Source: Candidatus Multivorans sp. (GTDB taxonomy: Bacteria > Acidobacteriota > Thermoanaerobaculia > Multivoradales > Multivoraceae). Taken from it: 64,000 nt of DNA. The first letter of the stretch is position 1. Every line of letters begins with the position of its first letter. Position numbers and translations under genes: made by a program. Under the pieces are notes generated by a model, which saw nothing but the letters and a program-made list of their open reading frames with translations, searched no databases and had not been told where the DNA came from. Of this stretch, positions 9,475 through 19,843 are shown one piece after another. The stretch covers positions 3,360,001 to 3,424,000 of the forward strand of contig OZ245033.1 in assembly GCA_965224025.1 (NCBI GenBank), written 5' to 3'.

Positions 9475-9777
9475 CTATAGCGGCTCACAGACCTCGTATG
9501 CGACTGTAAGGGCCACCAAAGCAATGCCACGCTTGATGAACCGGGGGAGGCCACGAGCCTGTTTCCCTGCTTCTGTCATGACAAAACGGTAACAGACATC
9601 TCGAACTAATCCTCTACCGGTGATGTCTGCCAGTTCGGCATCTGTGAGTTGTCGGAAGTCGTATGGATTCGGGCCAGAAACGTCGGTAGGTGAGACAGGC
9701 ACTTGTAGTACTGAATGGGGAATACAGACAGCGAATACAAAGCCGGACAGTACGACAGGTAGGACTGCTCGCTTCAT
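9475..9777 (-). CDS. Putative secreted bacteriocin/RiPP precursor (signal peptide, GG-type leader motif, 2-Cys core)
   Basis: AAAAGGAG RBS; MKR plus hydrophobic N-terminus; LTDAELADITGR fits LSxxELxxIxG(G); lies directly downstream of a C39 peptidase. Confidence 0.7.
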   Translation of the reverse strand: MKRAVLPVVLSGFVFAVCIPHSVLQVPVSPTDVSGPNPYDFRQLTDAELADITGRGLVRDVCYRFVMTEAGKQARGLPRFIKRGIALVALTVAYEVCEPL

Positions 9778-9858
9778 CGTTCGATGACTCCTTTTATTGT
9801 TCGTGAACGAGTTCGACGGGCCGTGGGGCCGGCCGCATGATGTCGAGGCGAAGGTCCA

Positions 9859-10503
9859 TCAGCGGATCATATGGTCTCCTTTCGTTTTGTTCGAGACGCG
9901 TGTGGTGGTGGGAAAGGTCAGGTCCCAAAGGACTGACTCGCTCAGGCTATGCGCTTCCGCGCTGAAGGTGAGGACGATTCCGTCCCAAGCCCGGAGGAAG
10001 GTGGCCCGACTCATTCTTAGTCGACCGAGCGAGGGGTCGTCGACGATCACGTCGTTTGCGATGCTCCGTATGACGACGAAGTGGTCGCCGTGAACGTGAG
10101 CGATTGCAGGCGTCGGCACGTTGCTGAGTCCCTCGGTCGGCACGCGAAAAGCTAGGCTTGAGAGGCCTCGTGATTCGGCGGCGCGCTTCAGGGCCAGGAA
10201 AGTGCTGCCCTTTGGCCCGCTACTTGTGGCGGCGTCGAGTTCTTCGAGTGTGCTGTCAGTGATTCCGTGGTGGTGGAGGATCATCTGGAGGGCTGCCGCC
10301 CCGCAGTCGGATAGATCTCGCTGCAGGACGAGCGAGCCGTCGGCCGGTGTCTTGGGATCCAGAGAAGCTACCCAAGAGAGTCGATCGCGCGTGGCCGGGA
10401 CCGTGCACGAGGTTGCGGTGACGAGCCCGGCCGCGAGCAGCCAGACGAAAAAGGCGGGTCGCTGGCACCGCAAGCGACTGGGCCCGTGAGCGGTAATGCT
10501 CAT
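9859..10503 (-). CDS. Stand-alone C39-family peptidase with lipoprotein-like signal
   Basis: LQRDLSDCGAAAL (Gln/Cys), GDHFVV (His), DDPSLG (Asp); N-terminal AFFVWLLAAGLVTATSC; no ABC domain. Confidence 0.88.
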   Translation of the reverse strand: MSITAHGPSRLRCQRPAFFVWLLAAGLVTATSCTVPATRDRLSWVASLDPKTPADGSLVLQRDLSDCGAAALQMILHHHGITDSTLEELDAATSSGPKGSTFLALKRAAESRGLSSLAFRVPTEGLSNVPTPAIAHVHGDHFVVIRSIANDVIVDDPSLGRLRMSRATFLRAWDGIVLTFSAEAHSLSESVLWDLTFPTTTRVSNKTKGDHMIR

Positions 10504-10748
10504 CGTATGTAGAGCAGTTTGAGCACCGAGCGGCCTCGGTTGCGCGTCGGCGACGTGGGCGACGTTGTGGTAGGCGGGAGGGTCAGAAGCCGCTCCCGAA
10601 AGATCGGCGGCGGCAAAGGTCCCGGTCGCAGGCGCGAGGATCCCTAGGGTGGACGCGAGAAGCGGTCGTTGACAGGTCGAGCGGAATGCCGACGCTGAAG
10701 AGGCGAATCAGAGCGTTCTTCCCTCCCTGCACCGACACAGTGTGGCGA

Positions 10749-11228
10749 CTAAAGTGCCTCCAGGTCCAGACGGTAAAGGCCACGTGGCTTGTCGATCGTC
10801 GCCGGTATGTAGTCCTCGGCGGCGTCCTCCGGCACGTACCGGCAGGCGATGCGGCGGTAACGGTCGCGCCACGCGTCGTCGACGCCGATGTCGTGGACGA
10901 GTTCCGCTTCGCCCTCGACGAGGACCTTGCGGTAGGGGAGGTTCTGCTCGTCGATCGCGAGGCAGGTGCGAGGGTCGCGCCTCAGGTTGGCGAACCAGAC
11001 CGAGTTCTCGCGCGGCGTGGACCCGGGTGGCGCGACCTCGCGCCACCCGTGAACCAGTCCGTGCGCCCGTCATCGGGCGCACGGATGGCACCAGATCGCG
11101 TCCTCCTTGAAGATGAACCAGATCGGAGTCACTAGGGGCCGGCCGTCGTCGCAGACCGTGCCGACCCGCATCAGGATGCCGGGCTCGGCGAGGAAGGCGT
11201 CGCGCTCGCCGTCGGTCATCGTCGGCAT
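10749..11228 (-). pseudogene. PPOX-family gene, first copy, interrupted by a 69-nt twin-hairpin insertion containing an in-frame TGA; probably 3'-truncated
   Basis: MPTMTDGERDAFLAEPGILMRVGTVCDDGRPLVTPIWF...[insert]...TPRENSVWFANLRRDPRTCLAIDE...KVLVEGEAE. Confidence 0.8.
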
Positions 11229-11229
11229 G

Positions 11230-12015
11230 TCAGTCCTCCTCCGGAGCGCCGAGGGTCCGCGCCGCCGCGATGTCGGCGGAGTAGTCGCGGAGCTTCGTCG
11301 GCATCAGGGTCATCTCCTCGATCATGGTGCGTTCGGGGAGTGCCGCCGCGGTCAGGATCGCCTCAGCGATGTCCTCGGCCGCCATCATGTTGGCTCGCTC
11401 CTCGGCCGATGGCGGCCGCGGCCGGTTGTCGAGGATCGGCGTGTCGACCTCGCCGGGCAGGACGCTGGTGGCGCGGATGCCGAGCTGCCGGAGTTCCGCG
11501 CCGAGGCCGAAGATGTAGTTGCGCGAGGCGGCTTTCGCGGCGCCGTAGGCGGTGCCGGCCATGACTCCCGGGCGGATTGCCGCCATCGAGGAGACCATGA
11601 TCACGGTGGCGCCGCCGTGGGCGAGCATCGCCGGCAGCAGGGCCTTGGTCAGCATCGCCGGACCGGTCGCGTTGACGGCGATGACGCTGTCCCACTCTTC
11701 CTGGGAGATGTAGCGGGTGCTGCGGACCTTGGAGCTGTGGCCCGCGTTGTGGACCAGGACGTCGACCGTGGGATGGCGCTCCAGGACCGCTGCCGTGAGT
11801 CCCCGAACCGCGTCGGCCTCCTCCATGTCGGCCGAGTGGGCCCAGGCGCTATCTCCGGTGGCTACGATCTCGGCAACGACTGCTTCCAGCGGTTCAAGTC
11901 GTCGGCCTGAGACGACGACCGTCGCCCCCTCGCGGGCGAAGAGCAGGGCGGTGGCCCGGCCGATGCCGGTGCCGCCGCCAGTGACGAGGGTTGTCTTTCC
12001 TTCGAGCTTTCCCAT
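11230..12015 (-). CDS. SDR family oxidoreductase
   Basis: TGGGTGIG, HNAG, YGAAK, PGEVDT; start MGKLEGK at 12015 with GGAG RBS. Confidence 0.92.
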   Translation of the reverse strand: MGKLEGKTTLVTGGGTGIGRATALLFAREGATVVVSGRRLEPLEAVVAEIVATGDSAWAHSADMEEADAVRGLTAAVLERHPTVDVLVHNAGHSSKVRSTRYISQEEWDSVIAVNATGPAMLTKALLPAMLAHGGATVIMVSSMAAIRPGVMAGTAYGAAKAASRNYIFGLGAELRQLGIRATSVLPGEVDTPILDNRPRPPSAEERANMMAAEDIAEAILTAAALPERTMIEEMTLMPTKLRDYSADIAAARTLGAPEED

Positions 12016-12045
12016 TGCGTTCCGATCTCCCTGTTGCTGTCCTGG

Positions 12046-12117
12046 CGCGGCAGAACCCCCGGAGACCGACGCTTCGCGCCGAATGCCGGCCAGACGGCGC
12101 ACCCGGTGTCTGCCGCG
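12046..12117. repeat. REP/MITE-like structured repeat, copy 1
   Basis: Terminal inverted repeats CGCGGCAGA...TCTGCCGCG; internal CGCTTCGCGCC and GCCGGCCAGA shared with the copies at 23294, 45070 and 52119. Confidence 0.75.
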
Positions 12118-12124
12118 TAACTCC

Positions 12125-13097
12125 CTAGGTCGGTTTGCGGCCCGCAGTGTAGCCCTTGCCACTGTCGGAGGTGCCGGGTTGCTCGACCCGCAGGTAGCGG
12201 CGGGCCGCGAAGCCCAATGTGGCTGCTCGGCCGGCCATCATGCCGACCATGCTGAGCCAGAGCAGGTTGCTGTCGCGGAAGTGGAGAGCGGCCCAGGCGA
12301 AAGGAGCGAAACCGAGACCCAGGCTGATCGGCATCGCCCGGCTGAGCAGGCTCCCGCGGGTCAGAGAAGCCGTCGAACGCGTAGGCCAGGGCCGCGAACA
12401 GGAGGACCGGCAGCAGCCAGAGGTTGCTGCCGGCCGCAAGTACTATGACGTCGTCGTAGCCGACGAGCAGGCCGTACGTGCCGCGGGGGAAGACCAGCAC
12501 CGGCAGCAGGAAGGCGACGGCGCAGATCTCGGCTGCCGTCAGGGTCAGGGTCAGGATCAGGACGCGCCGCAGCTCCTTGTGGTCGCCGGCGCCGTAAGCC
12601 ATGCCGGCGAGCGTCTCGCCGGCGAAGGCGGCGCCGTCGACCAGGTAGGAGGCAAGACTGAGCATTCGGAGAATCAGGCCGTTCGCCGCCAACCGGGCTG
12701 TGCCGAGCAGTGCGCTGCCGTTCGTGAACACCGCGAAGGCCGTGATCAGGAGCAGGGTTCGGATCACCAGATGGCCGCTCAGGGCGACGATCCGGCGAAG
12801 CGCGGCACGGTCGAGCACTGTTCGCCAGGAGGGTGGCGTGGTTTCCACGCCCAGGGTCAGAACCAGGCCAATGCCGGCTGCCAGCCACTGTGCCGTGGCG
12901 GTGGCCACTCCGGCGCCGAACGCCGCCCAACCCAGTTGAAGGATGAACCACCAGTTCAGGACGACATTGCCGACATTCGCCGCCGCGACGACGAACAGCG
13001 CCCGTGCCGCCTCGCCCCTGCCCAGGAACCAGCCGACGAACGCCAGGTTCGCAAAGGTCGCGGGCGCGCCCCAGATGCGGGCGTCGTAGTAGCGGCG
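12125..13097 (-). pseudogene. MATE (DinF-like) efflux transporter pseudogene, N-terminal half missing, frameshift near 12360
   Basis: RIWGAPATFANLAFVGWFLG, IRTLLL, SYLVDGAAFAGETLAG, AYAFDG; the C-terminus is in a different frame (12125..12439). Confidence 0.8.
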
Positions 13098-13186
13098 TCA
13101 GCCGCGCGAATCGCCGGGTCAGGCCGGGCGTCGCGGTGGCCGCCAGGGGTCAACCGCGCGCGCAGGCTGCTAGCCTGCGCGCGCTC

Positions 13187-13771
13187 ATGGCGTCAGAACG
13201 TGCTTCGGGCGTCTTCCTAGGCCGCTTCGTCGGCTGGGTCGATCGCTTCAACTCGCGGTTGGGGATCGCGGTCTCCTGGCTGACGCTGGCCATGGTCGCG
13301 GTTGGAGCGTACAACGCGGTGGTGCGCTACCTGGGCCGGTTCACCGGCTGGCACCTGAGTTCGAACGCCTACCTCGAACTGCAGTGGTACATGTTCAGCC
13401 TGGTGTTCCTGCTGGGCGCGTCGTACGCGTTGCAGACCAACGCCCACGTCCGGGTCGACGTGGTCTACAGCCGGCTGCCGGAGCGCTGGCGGCGGCGCAT
13501 CGATCTCTGGGGTTCGGTCTTGTTTCTGATCCCGTTCGCGGTCTTCGGACTCGTCATGTCCTGGCCGGCGGTGCGGAACTCCTGGGCGGTGCTCGAGGTG
13601 TCCTCCGATCCGGGCGGTCTGCCGAGGTACCCGATCAAGAGCGTGCTGCTGGTGGCATTCACGCTTCTGGCCCTGCAGGGGCTTGCCGAGACGGCGCGCC
13701 ACTGGCTGCGCCTGCGCGCGCTCAAGGCCGGGGCCGAAGAGGAGGATCTGCAGCAGGAGGGGCTGCTGTGA
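13187..13771 (+). CDS. TRAP transporter small permease (DctQ)
   Basis: ELQWYMFS...HVRVDVVY...SSDPGGLPRYPIK. Confidence 0.92.
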   Translation: MASERASGVFLGRFVGWVDRFNSRLGIAVSWLTLAMVAVGAYNAVVRYLGRFTGWHLSSNAYLELQWYMFSLVFLLGASYALQTNAHVRVDVVYSRLPERWRRRIDLWGSVLFLIPFAVFGLVMSWPAVRNSWAVLEVSSDPGGLPRYPIKSVLLVAFTLLALQGLAETARHWLRLRALKAGAEEEDLQQEGLL

Positions 13772-15087
13772 GCGTCGATTTCATGGGCCCGCTGATGTTC
13801 GTGGTCGTCTTCCTGTTCATCTTCGCGGGCTATCCGGTCGCGTTCTCGCTCGGCGGCACGGCCCTGATCTTCGCCGTCATCGGCATCGAACTCGGGCTCT
13901 TCTCCTGGAATCTCCTCTATGCGTTCCCCGAACGGGTCTTCGGCGTCATGTCGAACGGCGTTCTGCTCGCTGTGCCGTTCTTCATCTTCATGGGCACGAT
14001 GCTGGAGAAGTCGCGGCTCGCGGAGGATCTGCTGCGCACGATCGGGATGCTGTTCGGCCGCCTGCGCGGCGGTCTGGCCCTGGCCGTGGTCATCGTCGGC
14101 GCCATGCTTGCCGCCGCCACCGGGGTGGTCGGCGCCTCGGTGGTCGCCATGGGCCTGATCTCGCTGCCGGTGATGCTGCGCTACGACTACTCGCCGATGC
14201 TCGCCACCGGAGTGATCAGTGCTGCCGGCACCCTGGGCCAGATCATCCCGCCCAGCGTGGTGCTGGTGGTGCTCGCCGACCAACTCGGCATCTCGGTCGG
14301 CGATCTGTTCATCGGCGCCCTGGTGCCGGGGCTGATGCTTGCGGGCTTCTACGCGGTGTATGTCGTGGGGGTTGCGATCGCCAAGCCGGCTGCGGCGCCG
14401 GCCCTTCCCGCCGAGGAGCGGAGCGTCCATGGAGGCGCGCTGGCCCGCCAGGTGGCCGTGGTCATGGCGCCGCCGCTGGTCCTGATCCTGGTCGTTCTGG
14501 GCAGCATCTTCGCCGGCATCGCCACCCCGACCGAGGCCGGGGCATTGGGCGCCGTGGGCGCCATCGTCCTCGCCCTGTCCCGCGGCCGCCTGACCATGAA
14601 GGCGGTCAAGGAGACGATGGACGCGACCGCGAAGCTGACCACGATGGTCATCTTCCTGCTCATCGGCTCGACCGCGTTCGCGCTCGTGTTCCGGGGTCTC
14701 TACGGCGACATCTGGATCGAGGATCTGCTGACCGGCCTGCCGGGCGGGAAGATCGGCCTGCTGATCGTCGCCAACCTGGCGATCTTCATCCTCGGCTTCT
14801 TCATCGACTTCTTCGAGATCGCCTTCATCGTGATTCCGCTGATTGCCCCGGCGGCGCGGATTCTCGACATCGACATGGTGTGGTTCGGGGTCATGATCGG
14901 CATGAACCTGCAAACGTCGTTCCTGACCCCGCCGTTCGGCTTCGCGATCTTCTACCTGCGCGGCGTGGCGCCGCGGCGGATCACGACCGTCCAGATGTAC
15001 CGCGGGGTGATCCCCTTCATCGTCATTCAGCTCATCGGGCTGGCGTTGATCTGCCTCTACCCCGAGCTGGTGACGGCGCTGCTGTAG
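13768..15087 (+). CDS. TRAP transporter large permease (DctM)
   Basis: GYPVAFSLGG, LLAVPFFIFMG, GTLGQIIPPS, ATPTEAG, LQTSFLTPPFG; GTG start overlaps the dctQ stop. Confidence 0.95.
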   Translation: MSVDFMGPLMFVVVFLFIFAGYPVAFSLGGTALIFAVIGIELGLFSWNLLYAFPERVFGVMSNGVLLAVPFFIFMGTMLEKSRLAEDLLRTIGMLFGRLRGGLALAVVIVGAMLAAATGVVGASVVAMGLISLPVMLRYDYSPMLATGVISAAGTLGQIIPPSVVLVVLADQLGISVGDLFIGALVPGLMLAGFYAVYVVGVAIAKPAAAPALPAEERSVHGGALARQVAVVMAPPLVLILVVLGSIFAGIATPTEAGALGAVGAIVLALSRGRLTMKAVKETMDATAKLTTMVIFLLIGSTAFALVFRGLYGDIWIEDLLTGLPGGKIGLLIVANLAIFILGFFIDFFEIAFIVIPLIAPAARILDIDMVWFGVMIGMNLQTSFLTPPFGFAIFYLRGVAPRRITTVQMYRGVIPFIVIQLIGLALICLYPELVTALL

Positions 15088-15096
15088 GGCTCCGGC

Positions 15097-16218
<1,122 letters not shown>

Positions 16219-16318
16219 GCGCGCACCTACTTTGTCTCGCGTTGTGTGGCCGGTCAGTCTACTTCGCCTACTTGTAGCCGTGGCTCCCCGGCGGACACCG
16301 TAAGGGCGACCTTGTCCA

Positions 16319-17260
16319 TCATTCGCTTAACCAGCGCTCGGCGTCGATCGCGGCCTGGCAGCCGGTTCCCGCCGCCGTGACCGCCTGCCGGTAGTACGGG
16401 TCCATCACGTCGCCGCAGGCGAACACGCCCTCGATGTTCGTCGCGGTTCCCGGATGGCGGACCTTGAGATAGCCGACATCGTCCATGGTGAGTTTGCCGC
16501 GGAACAGCTCGGTGTTCGGGTTGTGGCCGATGGCGGTGAACACGCCTTGGCAGGGGAAGTCCGATTCGTCGCCTGAGCGCGGGTCGCGTAGCCGCACGCC
16601 GCTGACCCCCTCCGACTGGGAACCGTGGATTTCCTCCACGGTGGCGAAGAACCGCCACGCGATCTTCGGGTCCGCCGCGGCCCGGTCACGCATGATCACG
16701 GACGCCCGGAGTTCGCCGCGCCGATGCACGATGGTCACCTTGCTGGCGAACTTGGTCAGGAACGTGGCTTCTTCCATCGCGGTGTCGCCGCCTCCCACCA
16801 CGACGAGTTCCTTGTCGCGGAAGAAGAAGCCGTCGCAGGTGGCGCAGGCCGAGACGCCGTAGCCCATCAGCTCCGCCTCCGAGGGGAGGCCCAGTTGGCG
16901 GGCCGAGGCGCCGGTGGCGAGGATCAGGGCGTCGGTGGAGTACTCGCCGCCGTCCGTCTCGATCCGGAACGGCCGCTCGTCCAGGTCGACACAGGTGCCG
17001 GTCTCGAATCGGGTATCGGCGCCGAAGCGCTGGGCCTGCGCCCGCATCTGCTCGATCAGTTCGGGTCCCATGATTCCCTTGGGGAACCCGGGGTAGTTTT
17101 CGACATCGGTCGTGATCGTCAGTTGACCGCCGGGCTGGCTGCCCTCGAGGACCAGGGGCGCAAGGTCGGCGCGGGCGGCGTAGAGAGCCGCGGTGAGACC
17201 GGCGGGTCCAGAGCCGAGGATGGTGAGGCGATGGTGGTGGCGTGGCGAGGCAGTCGTCAT
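16319..17260 (-). CDS. trxB: Thioredoxin-disulfide reductase
   Basis: [37 protein letters not shown]. Confidence 0.97.
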   Translation of the reverse strand: MTTASPRHHHRLTILGSGPAGLTAALYAARADLAPLVLEGSQPGGQLTITTDVENYPGFPKGIMGPELIEQMRAQAQRFGADTRFETGTCVDLDERPFRIETDGGEYSTDALILATGASARQLGLPSEAELMGYGVSACATCDGFFFRDKELVVVGGGDTAMEEATFLTKFASKVTIVHRRGELRASVIMRDRAAADPKIAWRFFATVEEIHGSQSEGVSGVRLRDPRSGDESDFPCQGVFTAIGHNPNTELFRGKLTMDDVGYLKVRHPGTATNIEGVFACGDVMDPYYRQAVTAAGTGCQAAIDAERWLSE

Positions 17261-17300
17261 GGGCCGCGGAGAGTAGCAGCGCGGCGCCGGTCGCCAGAGG

Positions 17301-18137
17301 CTAGGGGCCGGCCGCTGGCTTCGCCCGGGTGCGGGCGGCGCGGCGGCGAAGGCGCAACCTCTTTCCGAGCCAGGCCGTCGGCCCCGAGAGTGCGTAGCTC
17401 GCGGCGCCGACCAGGAAGAAGAGGCCGATGTGGATCAGGGCAAGCACCACGATGGCGGCGATCACCACCACCACGCGGAAGCCCCTGCGTCGCCGGAAGT
17501 CGAGCTCCTTGAAGCTGAGGTAGCGGAACGTGGAAACCGAAAGCAAACCCACCACGACCAGGGCGCCAAGGACCGCGAGCTGCAGAACGAAGGAGTCGCC
17601 CCTGGCGTCGACGAAGAAGAGGATCGAACCGATGGCGCCGGCTGCCGCGGGCGCCGGCAGACCGATGAAGTACGCGGGATCGCTGGTGCGCGGGCTGACG
17701 TTGAAGCGGGCGAGCCGGGCGGCGCTGCAGAGCAGGTACACGGCCGGCGCCGCGAAGCCGACCCGGCCGAGTTCGTCCAGGCCCCAGAGATAGCAGAGCA
17801 GGGCGGGCGCGAGGCCGAAGGAAACCAGGTCGGCCAGCGAGTCGTACTCACGGCCGAAGGGGCTTGCGGTACCGGTCAGGCGGGCGAGCCGCCCGTCCAG
17901 GGTATCGAGCACGGCGGCCGCGAAGATCATCAGGACCGCGGCCCGGAACTGTCCTTCCAACCCGGCCAGCAGGGCGTAGAAGCCGAGCAGCATGTTCGCC
18001 GTCGTGAACAGGCTGGGGATGAGGTAGGCTCCCGCTCGCAAAGGTCTGCGCGGTGAGTTCGACGACTCCGTTGCGGGCTTGGAGTGGGCCCCCGCACGCA
18101 GGTGTCTGGCTCTCTTTCTGGGCCGTTTCCAGGTCAT
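17301..18137 (-). CDS. pssA: CDP-diacylglycerol--serine O-phosphatidyltransferase
   Basis: DTLDGRLAR...[21 protein letters not shown]. Confidence 0.93.
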   Translation of the reverse strand: MTWKRPRKRARHLRAGAHSKPATESSNSPRRPLRAGAYLIPSLFTTANMLLGFYALLAGLEGQFRAAVLMIFAAAVLDTLDGRLARLTGTASPFGREYDSLADLVSFGLAPALLCYLWGLDELGRVGFAAPAVYLLCSAARLARFNVSPRTSDPAYFIGLPAPAAAGAIGSILFFVDARGDSFVLQLAVLGALVVVGLLSVSTFRYLSFKELDFRRRRGFRVVVVIAAIVVLALIHIGLFFLVGAASYALSGPTAWLGKRLRLRRRAARTRAKPAAGP

Positions 18138-18832
18138 GGGGCGCCGGAGGAGCGGGCCGACGGTCTTCTGACGGGGAAGTCGCCGGGCGGCGGTGTAGAC
18201 GGGTCGGTCGGCATGGCGATCGGCGTCTCACCAGAGATCACGCGCTGTCCCCTTTCGACCAGCGGGTCGTAGGACATCGGCACGAAGACATCGACTCTGG
18301 AGCCGAACTTGATCAGGCCCAGGGGTTCGCCCTGGCTCACTCGTTGACCGGCCTGCAGGCGCGAGACGATGCGTCGAGCGACCAGACCGGCAATCTGGCG
18401 CACCGCGATCAGATCGCCCCGGGTGCGGCGGAGCAGGGTCAGGTGGTTCTCGTTCACGTCGCCCGCTTCCTTGCGGTACGCCGGCAGCTTCTTGCCCGGT
18501 GTCGCGATGCTGCCGATCACGACGCCCTCCACGGGGGTCTTCTGGGTATGCACGTTGAACACCGACAGGAAGATCGAGATGCGGCGCCACGTTTCGTCTC
18601 CGAGAGCGCTGTCGGTGATGACCTCGACCGCGGTGACCGTGCCCTCGGCGGGCGCGAGAACGACATCGGGAGGGCCGTCGTAGCTCCGCGTCGGATCGCG
18701 GAAGAAGAGAAGCACCAGCAGGCCGAGCACCGTCATCGAGACGGCAGCCGGAAGAATCCCGGCCAGCCAGAACACGCCGGCAGCGGCCAGGAACGGCAGC
18801 ACGAAGGGCCAGGCTTCCCGTGCGAACTTCAT
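18134..18832 (-). CDS. psd: Phosphatidylserine decarboxylase proenzyme
   Basis: FFRDP, SIFLSVFNVH, QIAGLVARRI, IKFGSRVD (GS autocleavage site). Confidence 0.94.
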   Translation of the reverse strand: MKFAREAWPFVLPFLAAAGVFWLAGILPAAVSMTVLGLLVLLFFRDPTRSYDGPPDVVLAPAEGTVTAVEVITDSALGDETWRRISIFLSVFNVHTQKTPVEGVVIGSIATPGKKLPAYRKEAGDVNENHLTLLRRTRGDLIAVRQIAGLVARRIVSRLQAGQRVSQGEPLGLIKFGSRVDVFVPMSYDPLVERGQRVISGETPIAMPTDPSTPPPGDFPVRRPSARSSGAP

Positions 18833-18886
18833 CCGTTCCTCCGTTGCCGGGTGCGGAACGGTGGGAGGGGACGCAGCCCTACCGCG

Positions 18887-19114
18887 TCACTTGGCGGCTT
18901 GAAGAGCGTGGGACCGGATGATCGACTCCATGCGGTCCTTGAGGGCGAGTTTGTGGAGCTTGATGCGCTTGGCTTCGGAGTGGTCGATCGGTGAGAGGAC
19001 GGGTCGCCCGACCAGTTCTTCGAGTTGGCTCTCACATGCCTGGTGCTCGTCGTAGAGCTTGCGGAACTCACCCTCCTGAGCCAGAAGTTCTTCCTTGACT
19101 GCGTCATCGCTCAT
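18887..19114 (-). CDS. DUF465/YdcH-like small coiled-coil protein
   Basis: EFRKLYDEHQ...KRIKLHKLALKDRM; GGAGG RBS. Confidence 0.78.
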   Translation of the reverse strand: MSDDAVKEELLAQEGEFRKLYDEHQACESQLEELVGRPVLSPIDHSEAKRIKLHKLALKDRMESIIRSHALQAAK

Positions 19115-19817
19115 TCGGTACGCGCCTCCCTTCGTTGTTGTCCCTGGGTTCGGCAACTCTCGCTGAGAGCCTAGCAGCCCGTGGCGGGCTGGTGGCCGGC
19201 GAGCGAAGGTAGAGTGGCTCGGTCAACGTTCCGCCATCCCAACCGAGGGCGCCGTCCGCCATGAGACGCAGCAGGGTCGGCGCGAGCTCGGACGGCTCGA
19301 TCGCTCCTGCCGGGGCGGGAAGCCCGGAGACACCGTGCCCGACGAGCGGCAGCGGGGCCCGGACGAGGTCGGCGCGATCCCTGATCCCCGGCGGACCGGC
19401 GGCTTCGACCCTGCGATTCTCCTCCAGCCGCATGGGCTGGGTGTACCAGCGTCCACGGAGGGCGTCGACGACGGCCACCACCTCCGTCGCGCCGTTGTCC
19501 GTGCGCTCGAAGTAGTGGGCGGCCAGGATCTCGAACGTGGATGCGCCGCCCGCCCTGACGCCGGAGGCCTGGTGGAGCCCCAGCGCGGTCGCCAGTCCCA
19601 CGCGCAGGCCGGTGAAGCTCCCCGGTCCTCGAGCCACGCCGATGCCCGACAGATCCCGCGGCTTGATGCCGGCGCGGGTCAGGAGCTCGTCGATCATCGC
19701 GATCAGCTCGCGCGACGAACGGCCCTGTGGCGCGGACAGGCCGTCGAACCGGTCCCGCTCGCCGACCGCCACGCTGACGATGGCCGAGCCGGTGTCGAGC
19801 GCGAGCAACGGCGCCAT
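19104..19817 (-). CDS. tsaB: tRNA threonylcarbamoyladenosine biosynthesis protein TsaB
   Basis: LLALDT, VARGPGSFTGLRVG, DA.RG, EPLYLR. Confidence 0.92.
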   Translation of the reverse strand: MAPLLALDTGSAIVSVAVGERDRFDGLSAPQGRSSRELIAMIDELLTRAGIKPRDLSGIGVARGPGSFTGLRVGLATALGLHQASGVRAGGASTFEILAAHYFERTDNGATEVVAVVDALRGRWYTQPMRLEENRRVEAAGPPGIRDRADLVRAPLPLVGHGVSGLPAPAGAIEPSELAPTLLRLMADGALGWDGGTLTEPLYLRSPATSPPRAARLSARVAEPRDNNEGRRVPNER

Positions 19818-19843
19818 GCCGCTCAATATACTGGCGGCCGCCC

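Noticed and set aside
11070-11072. In-frame TGA in PPOX copy 1 (CHPCAR*) with a downstream hairpin, suggesting selenocysteine and a SECIS
   Set aside because: The TGA lies in the loop of a palindromic insert flanked by target-like duplications, the second copy is frameshifted in the same insert, and the gene is also 3'-truncated. Pseudogenisation is the simpler explanation.
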